Positions 1 through 8,488 of a stretch of 64,000 bases of DNA are shown one piece after another (the first letter of the stretch is position 1; each line of letters starts with the position of its first letter). The stretch lies in NCBI GenBank assembly GCA_043729195.1, contig JAYTLR010000096.1:24306-88305 (forward strand). The letters run 5' to 3'. Position numbers and translations under genes: made by a program. The DNA comes from Akkermansia sp. Its GTDB lineage: Bacteria > Verrucomicrobiota > Verrucomicrobiia > Verrucomicrobiales > Akkermansiaceae. Under the pieces are notes generated by a model. It did not search any database, was not told where the DNA came from, and saw only the letters and a list, made by a program, of their open reading frames with translations.

Positions 1-123
1 GCAGCGGCATGGGACGGGCGTAGCCTTTACCAATCCCGAGGCGTCCCCGCGACGCGGCGGGATTATAAAAAAACGAAGGGGCCGCGAGGCTCCGGACATA
101 GACAACAAAACAGTAACGAAACC

Positions 124-831
124 ATGAAAACCAAACACAAACAACCCGGCGGCTTCACCTTGGTGGAGCTGCTCGTGGTCATCGTGATCATCGCGGCCCT
201 CGCGGGCCTTGCGCTGCCCACTATCATGAAAAACAAGGCCGTGGCCGACCGCACGGAAGCCATCAGCAACGCCCGCCAGATCGGAATCAGCCTGTTCGCC
301 TTCGACGAGGAGTACGGCAGCTTCCCTGGCAACGATACGGCGGAAGACGTCAAGGAGAGCACCGGAACCGCGCTGAACTTCGGCGGGACCTTCTCCAACG
401 ATTACTTCCGCCAGCTCATCGCGACGGTCGGCAGGTCGGAGAAGATCTTCTGGGCGAAGACCGCTTACTCGAAAAGGAAGCCTGACGATATTGTCGAACC
501 CGGCAAGGCCCTCGAAGCTGGTGAAGTCGGATTCGGTTACATCATGGCCAACCAGGAAGAAGGCCAAGGTTCGAGCGGCGAAGGCAACCGTCCGGTGGTC
601 GTGACCCCGCTCTACAAGGCCCAGAGCAACTGGGAGTTCGATCCCGAGGCTTTCGGCGAGAAGGCGATCATCCTGCGCCTCGACAGCAGCGCTACCGCCG
701 AAACGATCCGTACCGACAACCGCTACGTGAACATCGGTGAAAGCCGCTTCCTGCAGACCGTCGGCGACAACACCCCATGGGGTGCTGACATGAACCCGGT
801 CCTGCGCGCTCCGCAGACCAAGGGCCAGTAA
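124..831 (+). CDS. Prepilin-type N-terminal cleavage/methylation domain protein (type II secretion / type IV pseudopilin-like)
   Basis: ATG at 124. N-terminus MKTKHKQPGGFTLVELLVVIVIIAALAGLALP has a basic leader, a G/FTLxE processing motif and a hydrophobic helix. A strong intrinsic terminator follows. Confidence 0.85.
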   Translation: MKTKHKQPGGFTLVELLVVIVIIAALAGLALPTIMKNKAVADRTEAISNARQIGISLFAFDEEYGSFPGNDTAEDVKESTGTALNFGGTFSNDYFRQLIATVGRSEKIFWAKTAYSKRKPDDIVEPGKALEAGEVGFGYIMANQEEGQGSSGEGNRPVVVTPLYKAQSNWEFDPEAFGEKAIILRLDSSATAETIRTDNRYVNIGESRFLQTVGDNTPWGADMNPVLRAPQTKGQ

Positions 832-863
832 TCGGACCTGGGCAAGCGCCCTGAATTCCACTG

Positions 864-897
864 CCGGGAGGTCCGAAAGGGCCTCCCGGTTTTTTAT
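864..897 (+). terminator. Rho-independent terminator after the pseudopilin-like gene
   Basis: CCGGGAGG...CCTCCCGG stem with a GAAA-containing loop, followed directly by TTTTTTATTT. Confidence 0.7.
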
Positions 898-905
898 TTG
901 CCCGG

Positions 906-1334
906 ATGCCCGACCCGGACGAAGGATCGCCCGTCATGACCGAGACCCCTTCCCGTTCCTTCCTCCCATACCCCGCTTCGACCCTCAGCCCGCGGATTGT
1001 CCCGACGGATCTGAGTTCCTTCAAGTCCCGCGGGATCTCCGAGGTCGAGCGGGACTTGCAGCAGAAGCTGGTGGAGTTGCGGGAGAAATATCTGGCGGCG
1101 ATCGACCACTTCAATTGGAACAAGCTCGTCTATGAAGCCCAGATCCAGTTCGAGCCGGTGGTCGGGGAAACCTATCATCTCTATAAGTCGGGCGGCCGGC
1201 GGATGCTTTCGATGATCGCGCCCGACCAGTGGTCGATGGTGCATTTGGCGACTTTCCGCCTGAACGTCGACCGCCAGTGGCAACTGGTCACGGCCGGCGA
1301 AGGGGTGGATCCGCGGACGCTGTTCAGCTCCTGA
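906..1334 (+). CDS. Hypothetical small protein
   Basis: ATG at 906 (alternative ATG at 936). Non-repetitive, coding-like composition. No motif I can name. Confidence 0.5.
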   Translation: MPDPDEGSPVMTETPSRSFLPYPASTLSPRIVPTDLSSFKSRGISEVERDLQQKLVELREKYLAAIDHFNWNKLVYEAQIQFEPVVGETYHLYKSGGRRMLSMIAPDQWSMVHLATFRLNVDRQWQLVTAGEGVDPRTLFSS

Positions 1335-2961
1335 CGGCGGCCGGAATGGCCACGAGCTCCAGGCCGAGCAGGCAGACGTCGTCATCGAAATGGTGGCCCT
1401 CGGAGTAACGGAGGACGCGGGTCAGGACGATATCGAGCATTTCCTCCAGAGGCGCATTCCGGCAATCGGCAGCGGTTTCCATCAGGCGTTTCTCCAGGAA
1501 GGGTTCGCCGTCTTCATTCTCGGCCTCAAGAATGCCGTCGGTGAACAGCAGGAGGCGTGAGACTTCCGACAGGGCGACCTCGCCGGCGGGATAGTCGGCC
1601 TTGGCGATCAGACCGAGGCCGGGGCCCTTTTCCTTGCGGGTGGCGGCGAGCTGGCGGACGCCGGACGGGCCGGTCGCGACCGCACCCGGGTGGCCGGCGC
1701 AGGCATAGCACAGGGTGCCGGCCCCGAGATCGACCACGGCGTAGAAGGCGGTGGCAAACATCGTCGCGCCGGCGCGGTCGAGGATCGAGTTCAAGCCGTT
1801 GTTCAGCCCGCGGAGGAAGGCGGAGGGATCGGCGGCGCTGCGGCGTTGCTTTTCCAGCAGCCCGCGGAGCATCGCGACCACCAGCGCCGAGCGGACGCCG
1901 TGGCCCATCACATCGCAGATCAGCACCCCGGCGGTGGTGTCGGAGATGCGCAGGATTTCAAAGAAGTCGCCCGCCATCCCGGAGATCGGCAGGTAGCGGG
2001 AACCGAAGCGCAGGGCGAGTGACTCACCCGCCACCTCCGGGAAGCTGGAGCTGGCGAGGGTTTGCTGGATCTCCCGGGCGAGCTGGAGTTCTTCCTCATA
2101 GGCTTGGTTGCGGATTTGCAGTTCGCCGGCCAAGGCGGTGGCTTCCTGCTGGGCTTCGACCAGCTCGGTGACATCGCTGGAAACGCCGAAGGTCCCCTTG
2201 ATCCGGCCGCTGCGGTCGATCCACGCGAACTTGGAGGTCAAGACCCAGGTTTCCCTGCCCTGCTCGCGGACTTCGCGCTCCAGCTTGCCGGTGATCGCCT
2301 CGCCACTGGCCATGATCTGCCGCTCGTCTTCCGCGGCCTCCTCCCAGTGGGCGGAGGCGAAGAAATCGCGGTCGTGCTTGCCGACGACCGCCGCCGGGCT
2401 CGGCTGGCCGTTCCACTCGGCCATTTGTCGATTCACCAGGATGAAACGCGATTCGAGATCCTTGAAGTAGATTTGCAGCGGCACGCAATCGATGAGGGTG
2501 CTGAGAATGTGCCGCTCTTCTTCGATCTGCGCTTCTGCCTGCTTGCGTAGCGAGATGTCGATCATCGAGCCCGCGATCCGCTGGGCGGCACCGTCGCGGG
2601 AGCGGACCACCGTCCCGCGGATCCGCAGCCAGCGCCAGTGGTCGCCGCCGGTTTTCAAGCGGCAGTCGATCGCGAAAAGCTCCGGGCCGGAGGGGTTCAG
2701 GGCGTTCTTCAAGGCCTGGCCGAAGCGGGTCCGATCGTCCGGGTGGATCATCGCGTGGGGCTCGAGGAAGATGTTCGGCGCCGACGATTGGCTGCACTCG
2801 AGGAATTCCAGGATGCGCCGGGAATAGTAGATCTCCGGTTTGCCGACCCACCAGTCCCAGATTCCTTCGTTCGACGCCTTCAACGCGAGGACCAGGCGCT
2901 CGCTGTCCTCTCCTCCGTTCCCGGCGCTTTCCATCCCGCTCATCGTTTCCCAGACAAGCAC
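1324..2961 (-). CDS. PAS-domain sensor fused to a PP2C/SpoIIE-type serine phosphatase (RsbU-like)
   Basis: Two PAS-like blocks, a coiled linker, then the SpoIIE signature GDFFEI...LICDVMGHGVRSAL...FTDGILEA. GTG at 2961; first ATG at 2943. Confidence 0.9.
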   Translation of the reverse strand: MLVWETMSGMESAGNGGEDSERLVLALKASNEGIWDWWVGKPEIYYSRRILEFLECSQSSAPNIFLEPHAMIHPDDRTRFGQALKNALNPSGPELFAIDCRLKTGGDHWRWLRIRGTVVRSRDGAAQRIAGSMIDISLRKQAEAQIEEERHILSTLIDCVPLQIYFKDLESRFILVNRQMAEWNGQPSPAAVVGKHDRDFFASAHWEEAAEDERQIMASGEAITGKLEREVREQGRETWVLTSKFAWIDRSGRIKGTFGVSSDVTELVEAQQEATALAGELQIRNQAYEEELQLAREIQQTLASSSFPEVAGESLALRFGSRYLPISGMAGDFFEILRISDTTAGVLICDVMGHGVRSALVVAMLRGLLEKQRRSAADPSAFLRGLNNGLNSILDRAGATMFATAFYAVVDLGAGTLCYACAGHPGAVATGPSGVRQLAATRKEKGPGLGLIAKADYPAGEVALSEVSRLLLFTDGILEAENEDGEPFLEKRLMETAADCRNAPLEEMLDIVLTRVLRYSEGHHFDDDVCLLGLELVAIPAAVRS

Positions 2962-3028
2962 CGCCGCGACCTGACGGCAATCCCTGTTTGGCCGGGCGAT
3001 ATCTTGCAGCGAAAGTTGCCGTGGTTCC

Positions 3029-3556
3029 TCACCTTTTCTGCGGCAAGAGCGGCAGCAGCTTATGAAAGAAGGTATGGTCCTCGATGTCCGTATGGATCAT
3101 CCCGCCCGGGCCGAAGTATTTCCACTCGTGGCATCCGTAGCAGATCTGGAGAACCCGCTGCTTGCCGCCCTTGCTCCAGACCAGCGCGTAGTCGGGGTGG
3201 AAGCCGGCGCAGGAAGTCTTGGTGGCGAGCGCCTCGTGGGAAGCGGAGCGTTTGTAGATTTCCAATACTTTCCAAGCGGTGTCTGACTTGGCCTCGACCG
3301 GTTTGGCGTGGAATTTGAAATCCTGGAACTCGACCCAGCCGCCTTTCTTGACCTGGCCGTCGTAGTCCGCTTTGCGAGACGTCGGATGGACGAGGCCGCG
3401 GTAGATTTTCACGTCGTTGGCAGACTTCATGATATCCACCTCCGCACCCCACTGGGCATGCATTTCGGACTCGCGCATCGGGATCCCGCCTTTCCAGCAG
3501 GTCTTGGTGACGCAGGAAGTGGAAAGCAGGGCGATCGCGAGGGCGGGGAGTCTCAT
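3029..3556 (-). CDS. Secreted or lipoprotein-like hypothetical protein
   Basis: ATG at 3556. Signal-like N-terminus MRLPALAIALLSTSC. Cys/His pairs (SCAGFHPDY, CYGCHEW). No named family. Confidence 0.6.
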   Translation of the reverse strand: MRLPALAIALLSTSCVTKTCWKGGIPMRESEMHAQWGAEVDIMKSANDVKIYRGLVHPTSRKADYDGQVKKGGWVEFQDFKFHAKPVEAKSDTAWKVLEIYKRSASHEALATKTSCAGFHPDYALVWSKGGKQRVLQICYGCHEWKYFGPGGMIHTDIEDHTFFHKLLPLLPQKR

Positions 3557-3607
3557 GATAGAAACGGTAGCAGGACCCGAGCGGCTGTCACCTTCGGGGA
3601 GCGGAGC

Positions 3608-4213
3608 TCAACCAGCGGTGAAAAGCGCCAGCCGGCGGTCAACCGACTTGCCCGGGGCGTCCGGCAGCGGGCGGCTGTGCGGGTGGGGGAGGTCGGCCCG
3701 CTTGAGAGCGCCGCATTGGAGAAGGCAGGCGGTGGCAAGGTCGTGCTCGCGATCGAAATACGAGGTGATCGCCAGCAGGCCGCCGGGCTTCAGGGCCCCC
3801 AGCGCGTTGCGGTAGAGCTGTTCCCAGACCAGGGGATCGTGCCAGTAGTTCTGATGGCGGATGAAGATGAAATCGAAGGGCGGGAGCTGCTTCATGCGGT
3901 CGGTCCGCGAGGCATCCCCGGCGCGGAAGTCGAGCTGCCAGCCCGGTGGCGCGGCCGGGATCCAGCGTGCTTTGGCCTCGGCGATTTCCGGCGGCCGGAG
4001 ATCGATCCCCAGATAGAACAGCTCCGCGGCCAGCGGTACCAGGGCGGCCAGCAGCACCCCGGATTCGTCGGCCCGGCCGCAGGCGAGGTTCAGGACGGCG
4101 GGCTTCATCGGGGCTTCCCAGTCGGCGGCGCGGAGCCCGAGCGTGAGCAGGGCACCGAGTCGGCGGACATCGGCACCGATACCGGGAAAGGTGAATGGGA
4201 TCGCGGGCTGCAA
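3608..4213 (-). CDS. Class I SAM-dependent methyltransferase
   Basis: Motif I-like VLNLACGRADE, LGIDL, and a later GGLLAITS block. TTG at 4213; first ATG at 4108, which would leave motif I at the extreme N-terminus, so the start is uncertain. Confidence 0.65.
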   Translation of the reverse strand: MQPAIPFTFPGIGADVRRLGALLTLGLRAADWEAPMKPAVLNLACGRADESGVLLAALVPLAAELFYLGIDLRPPEIAEAKARWIPAAPPGWQLDFRAGDASRTDRMKQLPPFDFIFIRHQNYWHDPLVWEQLYRNALGALKPGGLLAITSYFDREHDLATACLLQCGALKRADLPHPHSRPLPDAPGKSVDRRLALFTAG

Positions 4214-4311
4214 GGCGGCGCAGTGAGCCGCGCCGCGCGCTGGATTTCAAGTTTGTCTTCCCGCGCCCGCCTTGTTACCTCACTCGTTTTCCGCCCGAAA
4301 TCCTGCGACTC

Positions 4312-5466
4312 ATGGTTCCCAGCACTTCTCCTGTCCTCCCCGTCGATCCCGCCCTCCAAGCGTCGATCGCCCACATTGCCAACCAGTTCGCGATCGAGGG
4401 GGACTTTCTTTACGGCGAGGAAATCCAGAGCGGCCACATCAATTCCACCTACCGCGCCTCCTTCGAAACCTCCAACGGCCTGACCCACCGCTACATCCTG
4501 CAGCGGATCAACGAGAAGGTCTTCAAGGACCCGGTGGCTGTCATGCGCAACGTCGAGTGCGTGACCCGTCACATCAACTGGAAGGTCCTGCGCGTGAAGA
4601 AGGACCTCGGCGGCCAAACCTTGAACCTCTATCCGGGCCGCGGCGGAAAGTCGTGGGTGGTCGGGCCGAATGGCGGCATCTGGCGTTGCTACAACTCGAT
4701 CGAGGGGTGCGTGACCTACGACATCGTCGAAAACACCCGCCAGGCCTACCAAGCGGCGCGGGCCTTCGGGTCGTTTCAGGATCTGGTCAGCGACCTGCCG
4801 GCCAGCGAGATCGAGGAGACGATCCCGGACTTTCACCACACCCGCAAGCGCTTCGAGCGGCTGATGCGGGTGGCCGATGCCGACCCCCATGGCCGCGCCG
4901 GCACGGTGGCGGAGGAGCTCGACTTCGTGCGCCGCCGCGAGGCCGACGTGAACGTGGTGCTCGACCTGCTGGCCCACCACCACATCCCGTGCCGCATCAC
5001 CCACAACGACACCAAGATCAACAACGTGATGATTGACGCGGAATCCGACGCCGCGGTCTGCGTGATCGACCTCGACACGGTGATGCCCGGGGCCTCGCTC
5101 TACGACTTCGGCGATCTGGTCCGCACCGCCACCAGCCCGGCGGCGGAGGATGAGCGCGATCTTTCCAAGGTGGTCATGCAAATGCCGATGTTCGAGGCGC
5201 TGGTGGACGGCTACCTGGACGCGGCGAACGAGTTCCTCAACGACGCGGAAGCCGAGCACCTCGCGTTCTCGGGCAAGCTGATCACCCTTGAGACGGGCAT
5301 CCGCTTCCTGACCGACTTCCTCGAAGGCGACAGTTACTTCAAGATCCACCGCGAAGGCCATAATCTCGACCGCTGCCGCACGCAGTTGAAGCTCGTCGCC
5401 GAGATCGAGCGCCAGCAGCCGGCAATGGAGAATTTCGTCCGCAAGGTGCGGAAGGGGAAGCGGTAG
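4312..5466 (+). CDS. APH/ChoK-family phosphotransferase (NahK-like sugar-1-kinase or aminoglycoside-phosphotransferase fold)
   Basis: ATG at 4312. Catalytic loop ITHNDTKINNVMID and metal-binding VIDLDTVMPG are typical of the protein-kinase-like APH family. Confidence 0.8.
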   Translation: MVPSTSPVLPVDPALQASIAHIANQFAIEGDFLYGEEIQSGHINSTYRASFETSNGLTHRYILQRINEKVFKDPVAVMRNVECVTRHINWKVLRVKKDLGGQTLNLYPGRGGKSWVVGPNGGIWRCYNSIEGCVTYDIVENTRQAYQAARAFGSFQDLVSDLPASEIEETIPDFHHTRKRFERLMRVADADPHGRAGTVAEELDFVRRREADVNVVLDLLAHHHIPCRITHNDTKINNVMIDAESDAAVCVIDLDTVMPGASLYDFGDLVRTATSPAAEDERDLSKVVMQMPMFEALVDGYLDAANEFLNDAEAEHLAFSGKLITLETGIRFLTDFLEGDSYFKIHREGHNLDRCRTQLKLVAEIERQQPAMENFVRKVRKGKR

Positions 5467-5493
5467 GGTGGTTTGACCCGTTCGAGGTGCCTG

Positions 5494-5518
5494 TATGTTT
5501 TTCAAAATGAGAAACATA
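5494..5518. promoter_or_regulatory. AT-rich imperfect palindrome upstream of phd-vapC (candidate operator/promoter)
   Basis: TATGTTTTTC-N7-GAAACATA in an otherwise GC-rich context. TTGACA at 5522-5527 lies just downstream. Confidence 0.3.
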
Positions 5519-5556
5519 AGTTTGACAGTTGGGCATTCCGGGCCTTTCCTCCTACC

Positions 5557-5787
5557 ATGAAAACCATCACTGTGCGTGAAATGAAAGCGCGCTGGGCCGA
5601 AGTCGAAGCGCAGGTCCGAGGGGGGGAGACCTTTGAAGTCATCAATCGCGGTCGGCCGACGGTGCGGATCATTCCCGCCGCGCCGCGGCCCATTCTGGCT
5701 TGGGAAGATCATCTCGCCACGGCCATTCCGGCGGCGGGACGGACCGCCGAGGAGACCATCGCCGCGGATCGGGAGGGACGCTGGTAG
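5557..5787 (+). CDS. Phd/YefM-family type II antitoxin
   Basis: ATG at 5557. MKTITVREMKARWAEVEAQVRGGETFEVINRGRPTVRIIP matches the Phd/YefM N-terminal pattern. The stop lies 2 nt before the toxin start. Confidence 0.8.
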   Translation: MKTITVREMKARWAEVEAQVRGGETFEVINRGRPTVRIIPAAPRPILAWEDHLATAIPAAGRTAEETIAADREGRW

Positions 5788-5789
5788 TC

Positions 5790-6221
5790 ATGCTCTACCT
5801 CGATACCAGCGCCCTGCTGAAACTCTACATCCGGGAGGCGGGCTCGGAAGCGGTGCAAGCCCGTGTCGCCGCACAGGATCTCCCTCTGCCGGTTTGGGAG
5901 GTCCAGGAGGCGGAGTTGGTCAACGCGCTGCGATTGAAAGCGTTCTGGAAGGAAATCACGCCCGAGCAAGCGGAAGGCCAGATCAAGCATTTCGAGGACC
6001 GCCAGCGCCGGGGATTGTACGTGTTCCCCGAGATCCAGCGCGGTGCACTGATGCAGACCTTCCGTCGCTTGAGCGAGGAGACGCCGCGGCTCGGTTGCAG
6101 GACCATGGACATTTTCCATGTCGCTTGCGCCGTGGAAATCGCGGCGACAGCTTTCATCAGCTTTGATGAGCGGCAGCGGAAATTGGCGGCTCATGCGGGG
6201 CTGCAGGTCGTGGATCTCTAG
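5790..6221 (+). CDS. vapC: PIN-domain ribonuclease toxin VapC
   Basis: ATG at 5790. MLYLDTSALLKLY carries the N-terminal acidic Asp, and FHVACA...ISFDERQ carries the C-terminal Asp, as in PIN toxins. About 143 aa, directly after the antitoxin. Confidence 0.85.
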   Translation: MLYLDTSALLKLYIREAGSEAVQARVAAQDLPLPVWEVQEAELVNALRLKAFWKEITPEQAEGQIKHFEDRQRRGLYVFPEIQRGALMQTFRRLSEETPRLGCRTMDIFHVACAVEIAATAFISFDERQRKLAAHAGLQVVDL

Positions 6222-6250
6222 CGGACCCACAATGGCAGTCGACGACGGCC

Positions 6251-7471
6251 TTACATGGGTTTCACCAGCGTCATCACGCACTCGAGATGCCTCGTATGCG
6301 GGAAGAGGTCGAAAGGCTGGACCTTCTCCAGTTTGAAGCCGCCGGCCTGGAGGATCGCGAGGTCGCGGACCTGGGTGGCGGGGTCGCAGGAGACATAGAC
6401 GACCCGCGCCGGGCCGAAGGCGAGCAACTGCTCGAGGAACTCCGGCGAGCAGCCCTTGCGCGGGGGATCGATCACCACCGCGGTCTCGGCGGCGGGGAAC
6501 TCGATGTCGGCGAAGATCGCTTCGGCCGAGGCGGCGAGGAAGCGGGCGTTGGCAATGCCGTTCGACTCGGCGTTGCGGCGTGCCCAGTCGGCGGCGGTCT
6601 CGCTGACCTCGACCCCGGCGACCTGTTCGAAACGCTTCGCCAGGGTCAGCGCGAACAGGCCGGAGCCGCAGTAGGCATCCACGAGAAACCTAGTAGTTCC
6701 CGCGCAGGCCTCGGTGGCGACATGGCCGGTGAAGGCGGGCAGGATGAAGGGATTGTTCTGGAAGAAGTCCCCCGCGAGGAAGTCGAAGGAAAGCTCGCCG
6801 ACGTGCTCGGTGACCACCGCGTGGTGGTTGGTTTCGACCCGGCCCTCGGTGGCGCGCAAGAGAAGGGTGGCTCCTTTCTTGTACATCTTCGCGCGCTGAC
6901 GGGCCGAATCGCGTTCGCGGGGCAGGGCGGTGTTGATTTCCGCCATGGCGATCGGGCAGCGCGGGACGTCGATGATCCCGCTGCGCCGGCCGTTCGGCAG
7001 GAAGCCGATCTCGCCGATCACGCCGTCCTTGGGCCGGTCGAAGTGCGGGGTGATCTTCGAGCGGTAGTTCCAGAGCTGGGGCGAGGGGATGCAGGGCTCC
7101 ACCGGGAATTCGATGCCGGCCATGTGTTGCAACAGCTCGCCGACCTGGCGGGTCTTCCACGCGAGCTGGGCTTCGTACGACAAGTGCTGGTACTGGCAGC
7201 CGCCGCAGGTGCCGAACAAGGGACAGCCGGGCTGGACGCGGTCGGGCGAGGCCTCGAGCACCTCGACCAAGTCGGCCTGCGAGCAATTCTTGTCGTTGCG
7301 AAAAACGCGGGCCTTGACGAGTTCGCCGGGCAGGCAGAACGGCACGAAGACAACCCAACCGTCGACCCGGCCGATGCCGATGCCGAGATTGCTCAAGGCA
7401 TCGATCCGCAGCTCGATCTCCTGGTGATAGGCGAAGGGGTGCGGGTGGAACTTTTTCGGCGGGCGGAGCAT
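6251..7471 (-). CDS. rlmD: 23S rRNA (uracil-5-)-methyltransferase, RumA/RlmD family
   Basis: TRAM-like N-terminus, Fe-S Cys cluster CPLFGTCGGCQYQH, SAM motif DAYCGSG, catalytic DPPRKG ... SCDP. ATG at 7471. Confidence 0.88.
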   Translation of the reverse strand: MLRPPKKFHPHPFAYHQEIELRIDALSNLGIGIGRVDGWVVFVPFCLPGELVKARVFRNDKNCSQADLVEVLEASPDRVQPGCPLFGTCGGCQYQHLSYEAQLAWKTRQVGELLQHMAGIEFPVEPCIPSPQLWNYRSKITPHFDRPKDGVIGEIGFLPNGRRSGIIDVPRCPIAMAEINTALPRERDSARQRAKMYKKGATLLLRATEGRVETNHHAVVTEHVGELSFDFLAGDFFQNNPFILPAFTGHVATEACAGTTRFLVDAYCGSGLFALTLAKRFEQVAGVEVSETAADWARRNAESNGIANARFLAASAEAIFADIEFPAAETAVVIDPPRKGCSPEFLEQLLAFGPARVVYVSCDPATQVRDLAILQAGGFKLEKVQPFDLFPHTRHLECVMTLVKPM

Positions 7472-7681
7472 AAGACGGCCACCGGGTTAGGGGGCAGCGG
7501 GCCGCTTGCCAAGTCCTCGCTCACCTGCCGATGCCTTGAAAAGGTAGAGGACGGCAAGAAAGCGCGTGGATCAGGAAGTTCCGGCTAGGGCGGACGGTTT
7601 TGGCGAGTCTTCCCACCTTCAACCTTGGCGACCCCCGGGGAATTGGATGAGACTGTGGCGATCCCTCTGGAAATCGCCACC

Positions 7682-8356
7682 ATGACCGACAATCCCTACG
7701 CCCCTCCCGCCTCGTCCGCCATTCCGCCGCTGGCGAAGGACGACATCGCCCGCCAGCTCGAAGGGATCCAGTATCCCCTGAAGCTCAGCTTCAAGATCCT
7801 CGCCCTCGCCAGCCAGGCCACCGTCACCGACGCGAACGGCCGCGTGGTGCTTTACACCAAGCAGAAGCTCCTCAAGTTTCGCGAACACGTCGAGATCTTC
7901 ACCGACAACTCCCGCTCGACCCTGCTCGCCGAAATCAAGGCCAACAAGGTGATCGACTGGTCCGCCCGCTACCACGCCACCGACGCCCACGGCCAGGCCA
8001 TCGGCTCGGTCGGCCGCCGCGGCTGGCGCTCGATGTGGAAGGCCCACTACGAAACTTTCAATCCCGGCGACGACCAGCCGGACTTCTCGATCCGCGAGGA
8101 AAACCCGGGTGCCAAGGTGGTCGATGCCCTTCTCGGCCAGATCCCGCTCGTCGGCATCCTGACCGGCTACTTTTGCCATCCCCGCTACTGCGCCACCCGC
8201 AGCGACGGCAACCCGGCCATGCGCCTCACCAAGCAGCCCGCCTTCCTCGAAGGCCGCTTCCAGATCGACAAACTCGGCGACCTCACGCCGCGCGAAGAGC
8301 TGAACCTGTTCCTCAGCTTCCTCATGCTGGTGCTGCTTGAGCGGAGCCGCGGGTAG
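7682..8356 (+). CDS. LURP-one/scramblase-like (Tubby C-terminal-fold) protein with a hydrophobic C-terminal helix
   Basis: ATG at 7682. Repeated beta-hairpin pattern KQKLLKFREHVEIFTD...IDWSARYHATDAHGQAIGSVGRR, ending in LNLFLSFLMLVLL. Family assignment is from memory of the pattern only. Confidence 0.45.
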   Translation: MTDNPYAPPASSAIPPLAKDDIARQLEGIQYPLKLSFKILALASQATVTDANGRVVLYTKQKLLKFREHVEIFTDNSRSTLLAEIKANKVIDWSARYHATDAHGQAIGSVGRRGWRSMWKAHYETFNPGDDQPDFSIREENPGAKVVDALLGQIPLVGILTGYFCHPRYCATRSDGNPAMRLTKQPAFLEGRFQIDKLGDLTPREELNLFLSFLMLVLLERSRG

Positions 8357-8488
8357 GTCGGCTCGTGGTTCCCGGGCACCATTGCTCTCAACAGCAACAG
8401 GAATCGGGGCTGGCCATCGGGGCGTAAATCCTTCAGACAATACGACAATACCGCTGGAGTTCCTCCCCACTCTCACGTCCCGACCCCC

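Noticed and set aside
4105-5712. Long antisense or alternative-frame ORFs. Examples: 4105-5712(-), 16045-17694(-), 17840-19720(+), 22178-23686(+), 26613-28409(+), 41130-42686(-), 43096-44601(+), 47971-49392(+), 56056-57705(-)
   Set aside because: Their composition is Arg/Gly/Pro/Ala/His-rich and typical of out-of-frame translation of GC3-rich genes. They have no recognisable motifs. Each fully overlaps a gene with clear family signatures on the other strand or frame.
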